This document shows, in pieces, positions 35,716-45,917 of a stretch of 64,000 nt of DNA. Origin of the DNA: Bradymonadia bacterium (GTDB lineage Bacteria > Myxococcota_A > Bradymonadia > UBA7976 > UBA1532); the NCBI GenBank assembly GCA_046290225.1, contig JBKAGE010000076.1:32001-96000 (forward strand), given 5' to 3'. Each line of letters opens with the position of its first letter. Position 1 is the first letter of the stretch. The position numbers and the translations under genes were made by a program. The notes beneath the pieces were generated by a model that worked only from the letters and a program-made list of their open reading frames with translations, was not told the DNA's origin and did not search any database.

Positions 35716-38355
35716 GTGGTGTGGATGGCGCTGTTCTGTTCCAGCTGCAGCGACACCCCTCCAACATCAAAGCGGTCTACACCACCACCCCAGATCACAG
35801 CCACGCTTCATGGCTTTGCTGATCTTCGACTTCTCTCGAATGGGCGCACAGCCCCTGTCTTCGATACCCAGCACCCTCCCTATGTGCTGACCCAGTCATC
35901 AAACATCGCTCACCTGTGTTTTGAGCCAACCGAGGGACAACGTGATTGCCAACCTGTTTCGATGGTCTCCACTTCAAAGGGCAAAGTTTATCGTCTGGCC
36001 AAAGTATGGGATGAGTCAAAGGGCAAAGAGGGTCAAGGTACTCTCATAGCCCTCAACCCAGGCCAGGATGTTGTCTTTCAAGAAGAAATATTCTGGCATC
36101 CTCCCTCGAAGCCAGACCCAGCCTTCAATGAAAAAGTCGAAGCAGCGCGTGCGCTTCATCGCAAGGGCGAGCATGCTCAATCAGCAGACACATGGCTTGA
36201 GGCTGCCCACATTGCCAAAGAACACAAACAGCCCTTTGCTCAAGCAAGAGCATTGAGGGCAGCAGGCTATGTAGGCTGGTGGGGTCGACAATTTCGTGAT
36301 GCCGAGGGCTGGCTACGAGACGCGCAACAGATATCAACGACGATTGGTGACTGGCGCGGACAAGCACTGGCACATAATTACAGCGCGCTGATTGCCTTGG
36401 ATGTTGGTGACTACCGCACAGTCGCTGAACACATCAAAGACGTCACAGCTGTCCTAGAGCGGTTTCAAAATCTAGACCTTGAGTTTTCGTTCCTTTCCAC
36501 TCGCCTTTGGTTCCTGATCGACATGGGACAGCATCGAGAGGCACTTGCACTCGATGCTCAATTCAGCGGAAACCAGACCTACCGCCGTCATACAATCAAT
36601 AATTCTGCTTGGATTCGCCTGGAGGCAATGGAGAGAGGCGTAATCCCTAAAAACTATGACGAGATCAAATCGCTGCTGTTGGAAAGCCTCGGATACCTGA
36701 AGGCCCAGGATCACCATGCACAAGCAGCCTCGGTAAATACAGGTTTGGCTTGGGTTGCGTTTGCTCAAGGTGATCTTGAATCAGCTTCTCAATACATAGA
36801 TGAGTTCAAAAAACTCACAGCAGACAAGCCAAGTCCTTCTCGCACTTCAATCGACCAAATCGAAGGTGAGCTCGCCCTCGCCCGCAACCAGTACGACCTC
36901 GCCACCACGCGCTTCGAAGTCCTCATCAAGCGCCTCGAAAACAACCCCCGGGCCGGCAGCGCCGATGCCCTCTGGCGCGCATTCGAAGGCCGTGGACGTG
37001 CAGCGTTGGGCAAGGGCGACACCCAAGCAGCCCTCGCGGACTTCCGTCGAGCGCTCCAAGAGGTCGAGCGCCTTGGTCGACGCACCGTCGTCAAAACCGA
37101 CCGGGGGCAATTCTTCGCTGATCGGCGTCCCCTCGTCGAATCCACCATGAAGCTCTTGCTCCAAGAAGGCCGCGCCGCCGAGGCCTTCGAAGTCGCTGAC
37201 GGTGACCGCGCCCGGGTGCTCCGCGCCATGCAGGCGCGTCTGCGCGTCGATCGGCTCACCTCGGCGCAGCGTGCAGAGTGGAGTGATCGACTCGGGCGTT
37301 TCTACACCGCCAGCAACGCCCTCGCCGAGGCTGCGGAGCTCGAAGGCCTCGCAGTGGGCAAGGCCGCTGAAGCCCAGGCCGCCAAGCTCGCGAACCTCAA
37401 ACGCGAGCACGAAGCCGCCTTCGACCAGGCCTTTCATCTGCTCGATGAGGCCGCGCCCATGACCGTGCCCGAAGGCGCCAGCGGAGACGCGGCGTCCAAA
37501 CAGTTGAAGGCAGACGAAGCTCTGTTGGCGATGACACCTCTCGGAGATCAATGGCTGGTCTTCTGGATGCATGGTGGGCAAATCGAACACCAGCAGATCC
37601 CCAAAGACGCAGATCCCGTCGGGCCATGGCGCCAGCGGCTCGCCCAGGACGACATCGCTCACCTCTATATCATCCCCGGAGGCCATCCGAAGGCCTTCGC
37701 GTTGCCGGTGAAGCCCGTCGGCAGCGCACCTCCGCTGCTGCAACACGTGAGCGTGTCGTTCATGCCGTACGCTGGCCTGCTCCAAAACACGCCCACGGCG
37801 AGCGATGGTAGCCCCCTGGTCCTCGCCGACACGCGCAGCGATCTGCCCTATGCCGCGCAATCAGGCGTCGCAGTGGCTCAACGCCTCAAGGGTAAGCTGC
37901 TCAAGGGTCCCGAAGCCCACCGTGAGGCCGTGCTCCCGGCCCTCGGTACAGCAAGTCTGATTCACTTCGAAGGTCACGGGGTGCTCAACCCCGAAGATCC
38001 CTGGGCCGCCCACCTCGCCCTCGCCGAGGGCCAACAGCTGGCCATGCCCGACCTGCTCACCACCCGCCTCGAAGCCCAGCTGGTCGTGCTCAGCGGGTGC
38101 GAGACCGGGACCGACGCGGTGTTGCTCAGAGATGACGTGGTGGGGCTGCCAGAGGCCTTCCTCGCCGCTGGGGCACAGACGGTGCTGGCCACGGATCGCA
38201 AGGTGCCCGACGAGGCCACCGGGCGCTTCATGGCACGCTTCTATGATGCTGGTGGGTCGACACGCCCTGCAGAGGCGCTGAGGCAGGCGTTCCTGGCTTC
38301 AGGCAGTGAGGCCGAAAGCGTGAGGGCCGCCTGGAGGGTGGTGGGGCGCCGGTAG
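35716..38355 (+). CDS. TPR-CHAT domain protein (caspase-like Cys protease)
   Basis: TPR-like helices; AAEAFEVAD..RAR.L; CHAT dyad motifs LIHFEGHG and LVVLSGCETG; GLPEAFLAAGAQTVLAT..V.D, F...FY, AEALRQA, W..W.V.G. Possible lipobox (FCSSC). Start uncertain. Confidence 0.92.
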   Translation: MVWMALFCSSCSDTPPTSKRSTPPPQITATLHGFADLRLLSNGRTAPVFDTQHPPYVLTQSSNIAHLCFEPTEGQRDCQPVSMVSTSKGKVYRLAKVWDESKGKEGQGTLIALNPGQDVVFQEEIFWHPPSKPDPAFNEKVEAARALHRKGEHAQSADTWLEAAHIAKEHKQPFAQARALRAAGYVGWWGRQFRDAEGWLRDAQQISTTIGDWRGQALAHNYSALIALDVGDYRTVAEHIKDVTAVLERFQNLDLEFSFLSTRLWFLIDMGQHREALALDAQFSGNQTYRRHTINNSAWIRLEAMERGVIPKNYDEIKSLLLESLGYLKAQDHHAQAASVNTGLAWVAFAQGDLESASQYIDEFKKLTADKPSPSRTSIDQIEGELALARNQYDLATTRFEVLIKRLENNPRAGSADALWRAFEGRGRAALGKGDTQAALADFRRALQEVERLGRRTVVKTDRGQFFADRRPLVESTMKLLLQEGRAAEAFEVADGDRARVLRAMQARLRVDRLTSAQRAEWSDRLGRFYTASNALAEAAELEGLAVGKAAEAQAAKLANLKREHEAAFDQAFHLLDEAAPMTVPEGASGDAASKQLKADEALLAMTPLGDQWLVFWMHGGQIEHQQIPKDADPVGPWRQRLAQDDIAHLYIIPGGHPKAFALPVKPVGSAPPLLQHVSVSFMPYAGLLQNTPTASDGSPLVLADTRSDLPYAAQSGVAVAQRLKGKLLKGPEAHREAVLPALGTASLIHFEGHGVLNPEDPWAAHLALAEGQQLAMPDLLTTRLEAQLVVLSGCETGTDAVLLRDDVVGLPEAFLAAGAQTVLATDRKVPDEATGRFMARFYDAGGSTRPAEALRQAFLASGSEAESVRAAWRVVGRR

Positions 38356-38359
38356 CAGC

Positions 38360-39103
38360 TCAGCCGTGGTCGTGGCCGTCGTGATCGCCATGATCGTGCT
38401 CACCACCCGCGCCGCCATGATCACCGTGGTCTTGCTCACCACCATGATCGCCGTGATCGTGCTCGCCACCAGCACCACCGTGCTCACCATGCTCGCCGCC
38501 GTGATCACCATGATCGTGACCACCATGGTCGTGGCTCATGCCTGGCTGATGGATGACGAGGCCCACATCTGCCGAGGGTGCGGGGCCCAGACGGATCATG
38601 TGCATGCCCGCGGGGAAGTCGAGCTCCATGACGTGCGCAGCGGCGGGGCATTGCTCAGGTGTGTTCGCGCTCATCTCGGGCGACAACACGTTGCCCTCGG
38701 CGTCGGTGATCTCGATGGGCACCTCGGCGGTGAGCATGAAGATGTACTCGCTCGCCGCCTGAGGGTGGAAGTGCACCATGCCGCCGAAGGTGCCATCGCC
38801 GTTGTCGGCGAGAGTCAGACGGTAGTGAGTGTGAGGCGGGGTGACGTCGGGGGCCTCGTCGCCACCGAGGGTGACGTCGGTGAAGGGGCCGCCTTCCATG
38901 TGATCACAGGCGAGGGCCACCTCGTCGAAGCCCGTGTGGCCACCTTCGCCACCATGCATGTGCTCACCACCGCTGCCGGCAGCGCCACCACCAGCACCCG
39001 CGGTGCCACTGCTGTCACCATCATCATCGTCACAGCCGAAGCCCACGAGGGCGAGGGCCAGCACGAGCGACGTGGGCTTCAGAAAATGACGGGCAATGTA
39101 CAC
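38360..39103 (-). CDS. His-rich lipoprotein, putative metal-binding
   Basis: GAGGAG RBS plus GTG; lipobox VGFGC-DDDD; His/Met/Cys-rich core (ACDHM, PHTHY); C-terminal HDHGDHGG repeats. Confidence 0.8.
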   Translation of the reverse strand: MYIARHFLKPTSLVLALALVGFGCDDDDGDSSGTAGAGGGAAGSGGEHMHGGEGGHTGFDEVALACDHMEGGPFTDVTLGGDEAPDVTPPHTHYRLTLADNGDGTFGGMVHFHPQAASEYIFMLTAEVPIEITDAEGNVLSPEMSANTPEQCPAAAHVMELDFPAGMHMIRLGPAPSADVGLVIHQPGMSHDHGGHDHGDHGGEHGEHGGAGGEHDHGDHGGEQDHGDHGGAGGEHDHGDHDGHDHG

Positions 39104-39291
39104 AGCGCTTCTCCTCGCACGGGGTCTCTCATTTTGGACACAGCAAGGTAGCGAAGAGATGCGGTTCGAATAAATGCGACGGATTGACGCAGGGCAGATT
39201 TAAGGAACTCCCCAAAAGAGGGATCAGCAAATACACGGAATCAGATTCGCACCTCATGGGTATTTCAGAGTCGAGCCACTCTGGAGATCCA

Positions 39292-40326
39292 ATGCCCTCC
39301 CCGCTGCACGAGCTTTTGCTCGATTTAGAGGTCCTAAAACAACGGCGGACTGAGTCAGGGAGGTGAGGTGCGAGTGAGGCAGTTGAAAGACCCGCAGGCG
39401 ATACCAAAGTATCGTCGAGGACGCTTTCGGCTGCATCGCGAAGCACATCACCTTTCTGGCGACAGGAGCTGTTGTGTTAGGACCTCTTATTCCGCGACGA
39501 CCTGCGCCTCGGCCCCACTCTGCTTTCTGCCGTAGCCCCCGAGGCGTTGCCCGAATTCGACGATGTCTCCACTGACGAGTCGACCTACACCGATGCTGGG
39601 GTGAGCGAGCTGCGATCGGACCTGACGGTTCGGCTGATGCACCAGGGCCAGCTCGTCGGTGTGCTCGTCGTCGAGGTGCAGCTGAGCGTCAAGGAAGAGA
39701 AACGTGTGTCGTGGCCCTGCTACCACGTGCTGGCGTGGAGGCGGCATCGCGTGCCGGTGGAAGTGCTGGTCTTCACACCCAGTCAGGCGGTGGCGCGCTG
39801 GGCCAGCACGCCGGTCTCTTTGGGTACCACCCTGGAGTATCAGCCCACCATCGTGGGTCCTGACGGCGTACCACGCATAGATGATCCAGCAGTGGCATCC
39901 CAGGTGCCCGAATTGACGCTGATTTCTACGATGGCCCACGGAAACCGTCGCCACAACGAGCCCATCCTCAAGGCCTGCCTCGCAGCCTTGGACGCCCTCG
40001 ACGCGTCGGATGCTCTTCTCTACTATGATGTTCTGTTTGCGCGGTTGAACGCCGCCGCTCGGGAGGTACTGCACACCATGTTCAACAAACACGGGTACGA
40101 GTTTCAGTCCGAATTCGCGATCAACCACATCAAACAACTCGAACAAAGGCTGGCGGAAGGTCAGCTTATCTCTTTGAGACGCACGCAGCTCAAACAAGCT
40201 CAGATCAAATTCGGAGCACTCTCAGAGGACCATCGCGAACGCATCGAGCAGGCTGAGATGCCGCAACTCGAAGTCTGGCTCGAGCATATCCTCTCCGCTG
40301 AGACCGCCGACGCATTGTTGCAGTGA
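39292..40326 (+). pseudogene. Rpn/PD-(D/E)xK-like putative transposase-related gene (DUF4351-like C-terminus) interrupted by a MITE
   Basis: GGAG plus ATG 39292 gives MPSPLHELLLDL. Deleting 39328-39489 continues in frame as FRDDLRLGPTLL..LPEFDD..ELRSDL..VVEVQL...K..SWP.Y..KFGAL..RIEQA....LE.W.E.IL.A. The insert carries in-frame stops (TGA 39364, TAG 39478). Confidence 0.85.
39328..39486. mobile_element. 159-bp MITE (non-autonomous; ends resemble IS5 family, IS1031 group)
   Basis: 19-bp TIRs GAGGTCCTAAAACAACGGC (39328-39346) and GCTGTTGTGTTAGGACCTC (39468-39486), 2 mismatches; TTA direct repeats at 39325-39327 and 39487-39489; no transposase ORF. Confidence 0.9.
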
Positions 40327-40344
40327 TCGCAGCTGAGGCAGTCC

Positions 40345-41313
40345 TCAGCCCTCAGCCTTCGGCTTCTCCGCCACCACCCGCAGCACCCCACCACGCCCCG
40401 CGAGGGCCAGCCCGCCCGTAATCAACAAATCCAGGGGCATCAGCGCGAACATCAGCAGCGCCCAGAGCCGGGCGCCCCACCCTTTGCCGAAGACCACTCC
40501 GGGCATGAAGCGCCGGACCCCGAGGGTCATGAGCACGCTCCCGGCAAACTCTGTCGGCGACCAGGGGCGGCTGAGCTTGAGCGGCTTCAGCCCGGCGCCC
40601 TCCACCAGCGACGTGAGTGTCTTGGGCGTGAAGTGATAGAGATGCGTCGGCGGCTGCAGAAACAGCCATCGGCCCTTGAAGAGCGCCCCCAGCGGGCTCA
40701 CCGTGGGCACCTCGATCACCAGCCAGCCGCCGGGGGCCGTGATGCGGGCCATCTCTGCCAGCTCTGCCGCTGGATCGTACGTGTGCTCCAGGCAGTGCCA
40801 GCTGGTGACCCCGTCGAAAGCGCCGTCTGGATACTGCTGCTCTGCGAGCTCTCCTGTGTCCACCTCGATGCCATAGGACTCAGCGGCGAACTCGCGACAG
40901 CGGGCGTTGAAGTCGACCCCGCGCACCTGCACGCCTGCTCGATGTTTCAACCGCGCGAGGAACCCAGCGAGGCCGCAGCCCACGTCGAGGACCCGCCCCG
41001 ACTTCAGGGGTCGACCGAGAGCCGCGAGGGCCTGGACCACGCTCTTGGCTCGGAAGTCGTCTACCCCCTTGCCTGCGTCTTTGCGGCCCTGCTCCAGGTG
41101 CGGACCCGTGTAGTAGCCCGCGTAGTACGGCCCCATCTCATCGGGGGTTGGTCGCGGGGAGAGCACCCAGGTGCCGCAGACGCTGCATCGTGCATAGGTA
41201 AAACGGCCCGGCACGCCCCAGAAACGATCCTCAGCCTCGAAGATCGGGCGTAGAGGCTCGGCGCCGTGGAGAGGACATACCGGCACCGCATCGGGCGTCT
41301 TGGGATCAGTCAT
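40345..41313 (-). CDS. Class I SAM-dependent methyltransferase with N-terminal zinc-finger-like motif
   Basis: CPLH..CSVCG..PRPT, VLDVGCGLAGFL, FDGVTSWHCLEH..DP, PGGWLVIEVP, PPTHLYHFT. Confidence 0.9.
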   Translation of the reverse strand: MTDPKTPDAVPVCPLHGAEPLRPIFEAEDRFWGVPGRFTYARCSVCGTWVLSPRPTPDEMGPYYAGYYTGPHLEQGRKDAGKGVDDFRAKSVVQALAALGRPLKSGRVLDVGCGLAGFLARLKHRAGVQVRGVDFNARCREFAAESYGIEVDTGELAEQQYPDGAFDGVTSWHCLEHTYDPAAELAEMARITAPGGWLVIEVPTVSPLGALFKGRWLFLQPPTHLYHFTPKTLTSLVEGAGLKPLKLSRPWSPTEFAGSVLMTLGVRRFMPGVVFGKGWGARLWALLMFALMPLDLLITGGLALAGRGGVLRVVAEKPKAEG

Positions 41314-41400
41314 CGCCCACCCCCCGCTCCACCTCGGGGGCAGTTGCGCCGAATCATGAGGGGCCGTGTCATGAGAGGCACAGAATCTGTGAGCGTATGC

Positions 41401-43713
41401 ATGATTTGCCCAACCTCCATCCAACGCCGGTCGCTGCTCGCGTGCCTGGGCGCTGTGTTGTGTCTGCCCTCGATGGCCGACGCCGAGGGGGGTCACACCA
41501 TCGGCGCATCATCCGTGAGGCAGATCTACACCAGTTCCACGGCGAGCGGCAGTGAAGGGCCGCCAGTCTATCGGGTCAAGCACCTGATGGACGGCCGGGA
41601 CTGGTCTGCCTGGGGCTCTTCGGTCACCGATGGTGAGGGGGCCTGGATCGAGGTGCAGTTCAACGGCGTCGAGTACATCTCCGGGGTGGACTTCGTGCCC
41701 GGTGACGCCCGGGGCAAGGACAAGTTCGCGGCCTGCGGACGCCCGAGCAAAATCACCATCCAGGCCGGCAGCCAGTCAGTCAGCCGCCGGCTCAAGGACG
41801 AGCGCTGGCGGCAAAAAATCAGACTCGTTACGCCGATGTACGGGCGGCGGCTGCGCATCTCCATCGACAGCATCCACGGGCACTCGAAGTCTGCAGGGGT
41901 CTGCATCTCGGAGCTGAAGCTGCTCGCTGCCCGCGGGCGTCTGGAGAGCCTGCCTCATCTGCGCCGGCGTCTCGACGCGCTCCGCGACGACATCAACGCA
42001 GGCCGGCCGATCGACGCCATCGAAGCAGAGGCGCTGTCCATCGGGGCGCCTGCAGCCCCTGCCCTCGTGCGCATGCTCGACGTCAAGCGCCCGGGACACA
42101 CAGTCCAGGTGCTCGATCTGCTCGGTCGCCTGGGGGCTCGGACTACAGCAGGGCCCATCGAAGACCTGTACCGCAACCCCAAGGCGCCGGCCCTGGTGCG
42201 CGATCGTGCGCTCTGGGCCCTGGGTGCTCTGGGTCAGCGCACTCACCTGAGCGCCATCAAACGCTGGCACCAAAGCGCTCGCGGAGGCGATCGTGATCTG
42301 GCCCTCGATGCCTGGGGCCGCCTGGGTGATCCCGAAGCCCTCGAGGCCGCCCTCGTCACCCTGCGCGAGGGCACGACGCCCAGCCGTCGGGTGGCGGTCT
42401 CCCTCATGGACGAGTTCCCGGCGAAAGATGTCATGGCCGGCCTGGAGCCCATGCTCACCGGCCCACCCTCCGATGCCCGGGACTGGGCCTTACGGGCGCT
42501 GGGTCATGTGCAACATGCCGCCCGCACCACACACCTGATGGCGGCCCTCGAAGGCCCCGCCACGATCCAAGAGGCGGCCCTTGAGGCCCTGACTGTGACC
42601 CCGGCCCCCGAGAGCCACCGTGTGATCAGGGGTCTGGCCGCTGCGAAGAGCTACTCCACTCGGGCCGCAGCCCTCGCAGCCCTGGGCCGGCTCGCAGATC
42701 GAGGCGACTTGTCGGTGATCGTTGCGGGTACACGTGATCCCGTACCGGTGGTGGCACAGCGCGCGGCCACCGCCCTGAAGCCATTTCGCAGCCACCCCGA
42801 CGCTCAGCGTGCCCTGCACAGGCTGGCCCTCAGCCCGGTGAACACCCCCGCCGCAGAGGCCGCAGCGCACGTACTCACTGAGGGCGGCGCTTCGGAGTCG
42901 ACGCTGGCTTCACTGCTGGCCTCACCTCACACCCGCGTACGCGACGCCGCAGGCTCCGCGCTGAGGCAACGGGGCGACGCGGGCCGTCGAGCGCTGCTCA
43001 AGGCCGCAGTCGACGCCGACGCGCCGCTGCGCCGCGGCGCCCTGGGCGCTCTGCGACAAATGGCGAAGGTGCCCGTGGTGGATTTGATCCGCGCCACAGA
43101 GCGGGCAAAGCCAGCAGTGCAGGTGGATCTGCTCAGCCTGCTCGCCGAGCTGAAAGATCCAGCAGCAGCGACCCTCGCCCAACGGCTCTCTTCTCCAGGG
43201 CGCCCGCTGCAGGTGCGCCAGGCCGCAGTAGTGGCCCTGGGTCGTTGCGGCAATGACGTTCAAGCGCATGGGGCCTTGATCAAGGCGCTCTCTGATCCAT
43301 CGCCGATGGTGCAGCACGCCGCAGTGCTGGCCCTGGGCACTCGGCGTTCGCCTTCGGCGGTGAAGCCCCTCGGCGAGCTGCTCAACACGTCGAACCAGTC
43401 GCTCTTGCGCCACGCGGTGGTCCAGGCGCTGGGCAACATCGGTCGTTCTGAGGCTCTGCCCTACCTGTCGCAGGCGTACACGACTTATCGAGATCGGCGA
43501 AACGAGGATCGAGATCTGCGGGCGATGATCGTGCTCACGGCGAGCCGCCTGGAGAGCCGCGAGCGTATGCAGCTGCTCATCGAGGCAGTGGGAGATCGAG
43601 ATCCTCGCGTGCGAGAAGCCGCTGAGCGTGGGCTGGCCACGCCGAAGCGGACGATGCCCACACAGCAGACCGCGACCCCCAAGGCCCCCGCAGCTGTCGC
43701 CGAGACCCGCTGA
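41401..43713 (+). CDS. Secreted protein: discoidin/NADase-type glycan-binding-like domain plus HEAT (PBS-lyase-like) repeats
   Basis: RRSLL signal-like N-terminus; HLMDGR..SAW....DGEGAWIEVQF..RP..I.I..CISEL; many repeats such as VRDRALWALG, VRQAAVVALG, DPRVREAA. Start uncertain. Confidence 0.78.
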   Translation: MICPTSIQRRSLLACLGAVLCLPSMADAEGGHTIGASSVRQIYTSSTASGSEGPPVYRVKHLMDGRDWSAWGSSVTDGEGAWIEVQFNGVEYISGVDFVPGDARGKDKFAACGRPSKITIQAGSQSVSRRLKDERWRQKIRLVTPMYGRRLRISIDSIHGHSKSAGVCISELKLLAARGRLESLPHLRRRLDALRDDINAGRPIDAIEAEALSIGAPAAPALVRMLDVKRPGHTVQVLDLLGRLGARTTAGPIEDLYRNPKAPALVRDRALWALGALGQRTHLSAIKRWHQSARGGDRDLALDAWGRLGDPEALEAALVTLREGTTPSRRVAVSLMDEFPAKDVMAGLEPMLTGPPSDARDWALRALGHVQHAARTTHLMAALEGPATIQEAALEALTVTPAPESHRVIRGLAAAKSYSTRAAALAALGRLADRGDLSVIVAGTRDPVPVVAQRAATALKPFRSHPDAQRALHRLALSPVNTPAAEAAAHVLTEGGASESTLASLLASPHTRVRDAAGSALRQRGDAGRRALLKAAVDADAPLRRGALGALRQMAKVPVVDLIRATERAKPAVQVDLLSLLAELKDPAAATLAQRLSSPGRPLQVRQAAVVALGRCGNDVQAHGALIKALSDPSPMVQHAAVLALGTRRSPSAVKPLGELLNTSNQSLLRHAVVQALGNIGRSEALPYLSQAYTTYRDRRNEDRDLRAMIVLTASRLESRERMQLLIEAVGDRDPRVREAAERGLATPKRTMPTQQTATPKAPAAVAETR

Positions 43714-43722
43714 TACCCAGCC

Positions 43723-44238
43723 TCAGGGCAACGCCACCTGAAGCGGAAGCGTCTCCTCCACCACCCCCAATGCGCTGCTGATCTCCACCTGAAGCTCGAG
43801 GGTGACACCTTCGAGGGCCGTCACCGCCTCCTGACTCAGCAACCCGCCCATCTGGTCGACGAGGACCACCCGGGCGAGATCGTAGTCACACGCCCCATCG
43901 CTCAACCACAACAGCACTTGAGTCTCGTAGTACTGGCCCAGAGTGCCGTTGGGGCCTACGAGGCGCAGGCTCACGGTGGCCTCGTCGGGGTCGAAGGCGC
44001 CGTGCAACCGGAACGAAGGCTCGATGTGGAACCCGCCCTGGTTGCCCGCCTCGACAGGAAAAGATTCAGCTTCGGCAGAGGTGAGCGCCCGCCATGGGTG
44101 CTCGGCACCGAGAGTCAACGTGAGGGCGCCCTGGCCACAGGGCGTCTCTGGGCCTGTCGGGGCACGGGTCTCGTCATCACACCCGGTGACGCACGTCAGG
44201 AGCACACATGCCAGGTGTAACCACCGGAGAGGCTTCAG
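43723..44238 (-). CDS. Hypothetical lipoprotein
   Basis: LACVLLTCVTGC-DD lipobox; G.QGGFHI motif. Start codon unclear. Confidence 0.6.
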   Translation of the reverse strand: MKPLRWLHLACVLLTCVTGCDDETRAPTGPETPCGQGALTLTLGAEHPWRALTSAEAESFPVEAGNQGGFHIEPSFRLHGAFDPDEATVSLRLVGPNGTLGQYYETQVLLWLSDGACDYDLARVVLVDQMGGLLSQEAVTALEGVTLELQVEISSALGVVEETLPLQVALP

Positions 44239-44243
44239 GCCTC

Positions 44244-44564
44244 TCAGTCGTCGCTGCTCGAGCTGCTGGCAGTGCTGGTGCTCGAACTGCTGCTCGATGT
44301 CGAACTGCTGCTCGAGCTGCTGTCGCTCGAACTGCTGTCGCTCGAGCTGCTGCTCGATTTCGACTTGCCGCCGTTCGAATCGCCCGAGTAGCCCTCGGCG
44401 TACCAGCCGCCGCCCTTCAAATGGAACGCAGAGCGGCTGATGATCTTCTCCTGCTGGCCCTCGGCGCCGCAATTCTCGCACGTCGACGGCGGCGGATCGC
44501 TCAGCTTGGCCCAGACTTCGGCGATGTGCCCACATGACTGGCAACGGTACTCGTAAATGGGCAT
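44244..44564 (-). CDS. FmdB-family zinc ribbon protein with Ser-rich tail
   Basis: MPIYEYRCQSCG..CENCG..IS...F.LKGGGWY, followed by poly-Ser. Confidence 0.92.
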   Translation of the reverse strand: MPIYEYRCQSCGHIAEVWAKLSDPPPSTCENCGAEGQQEKIISRSAFHLKGGGWYAEGYSGDSNGGKSKSSSSSSDSSSSDSSSSSSSTSSSSSSTSTASSSSSDD

Positions 44565-44734
44565 CTGAGGGTACTCCCGTAAATTCAAGTTCAGGCCGGG
44601 AGTGCTAAACACTCTGCATGCCGTGTCAAGGGTCCTGCACCCTTCCGGTGACCGGCCATTGCCTCGAACACGCTCCGTTGCTACCCTGACGCGCCTTTTT
44701 TCTGCTCTAGAACCCTCGACGAACGGCATTCCTG

Positions 44735-45829
<1,095 letters not shown>

Positions 45830-45917
45830 CCGGGCCCCGCGGCCGGTCCAAGCCCCGTAACCGCACCTCTGCCCCCCGAACCTCTGCTCCTCGAGCCCCT
45901 GCCGCTGAGGTCCTGCC

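Noticed and set aside
39104..39291. Metal or cobalamin riboswitch upstream of the His-rich lipoprotein
   Set aside because: No recognisable riboswitch consensus. The region is explained as a divergent promoter gap, and the nearby structure belongs to the MITE.
44250..44360. Gln/Glu-rich repeat (QQLEQQFE) at the start of ORF 43723..44544, and apparent 12-15-bp DNA repeats
   Set aside because: This is the alternative-frame shadow of the poly-Ser tail of the FmdB-family gene.
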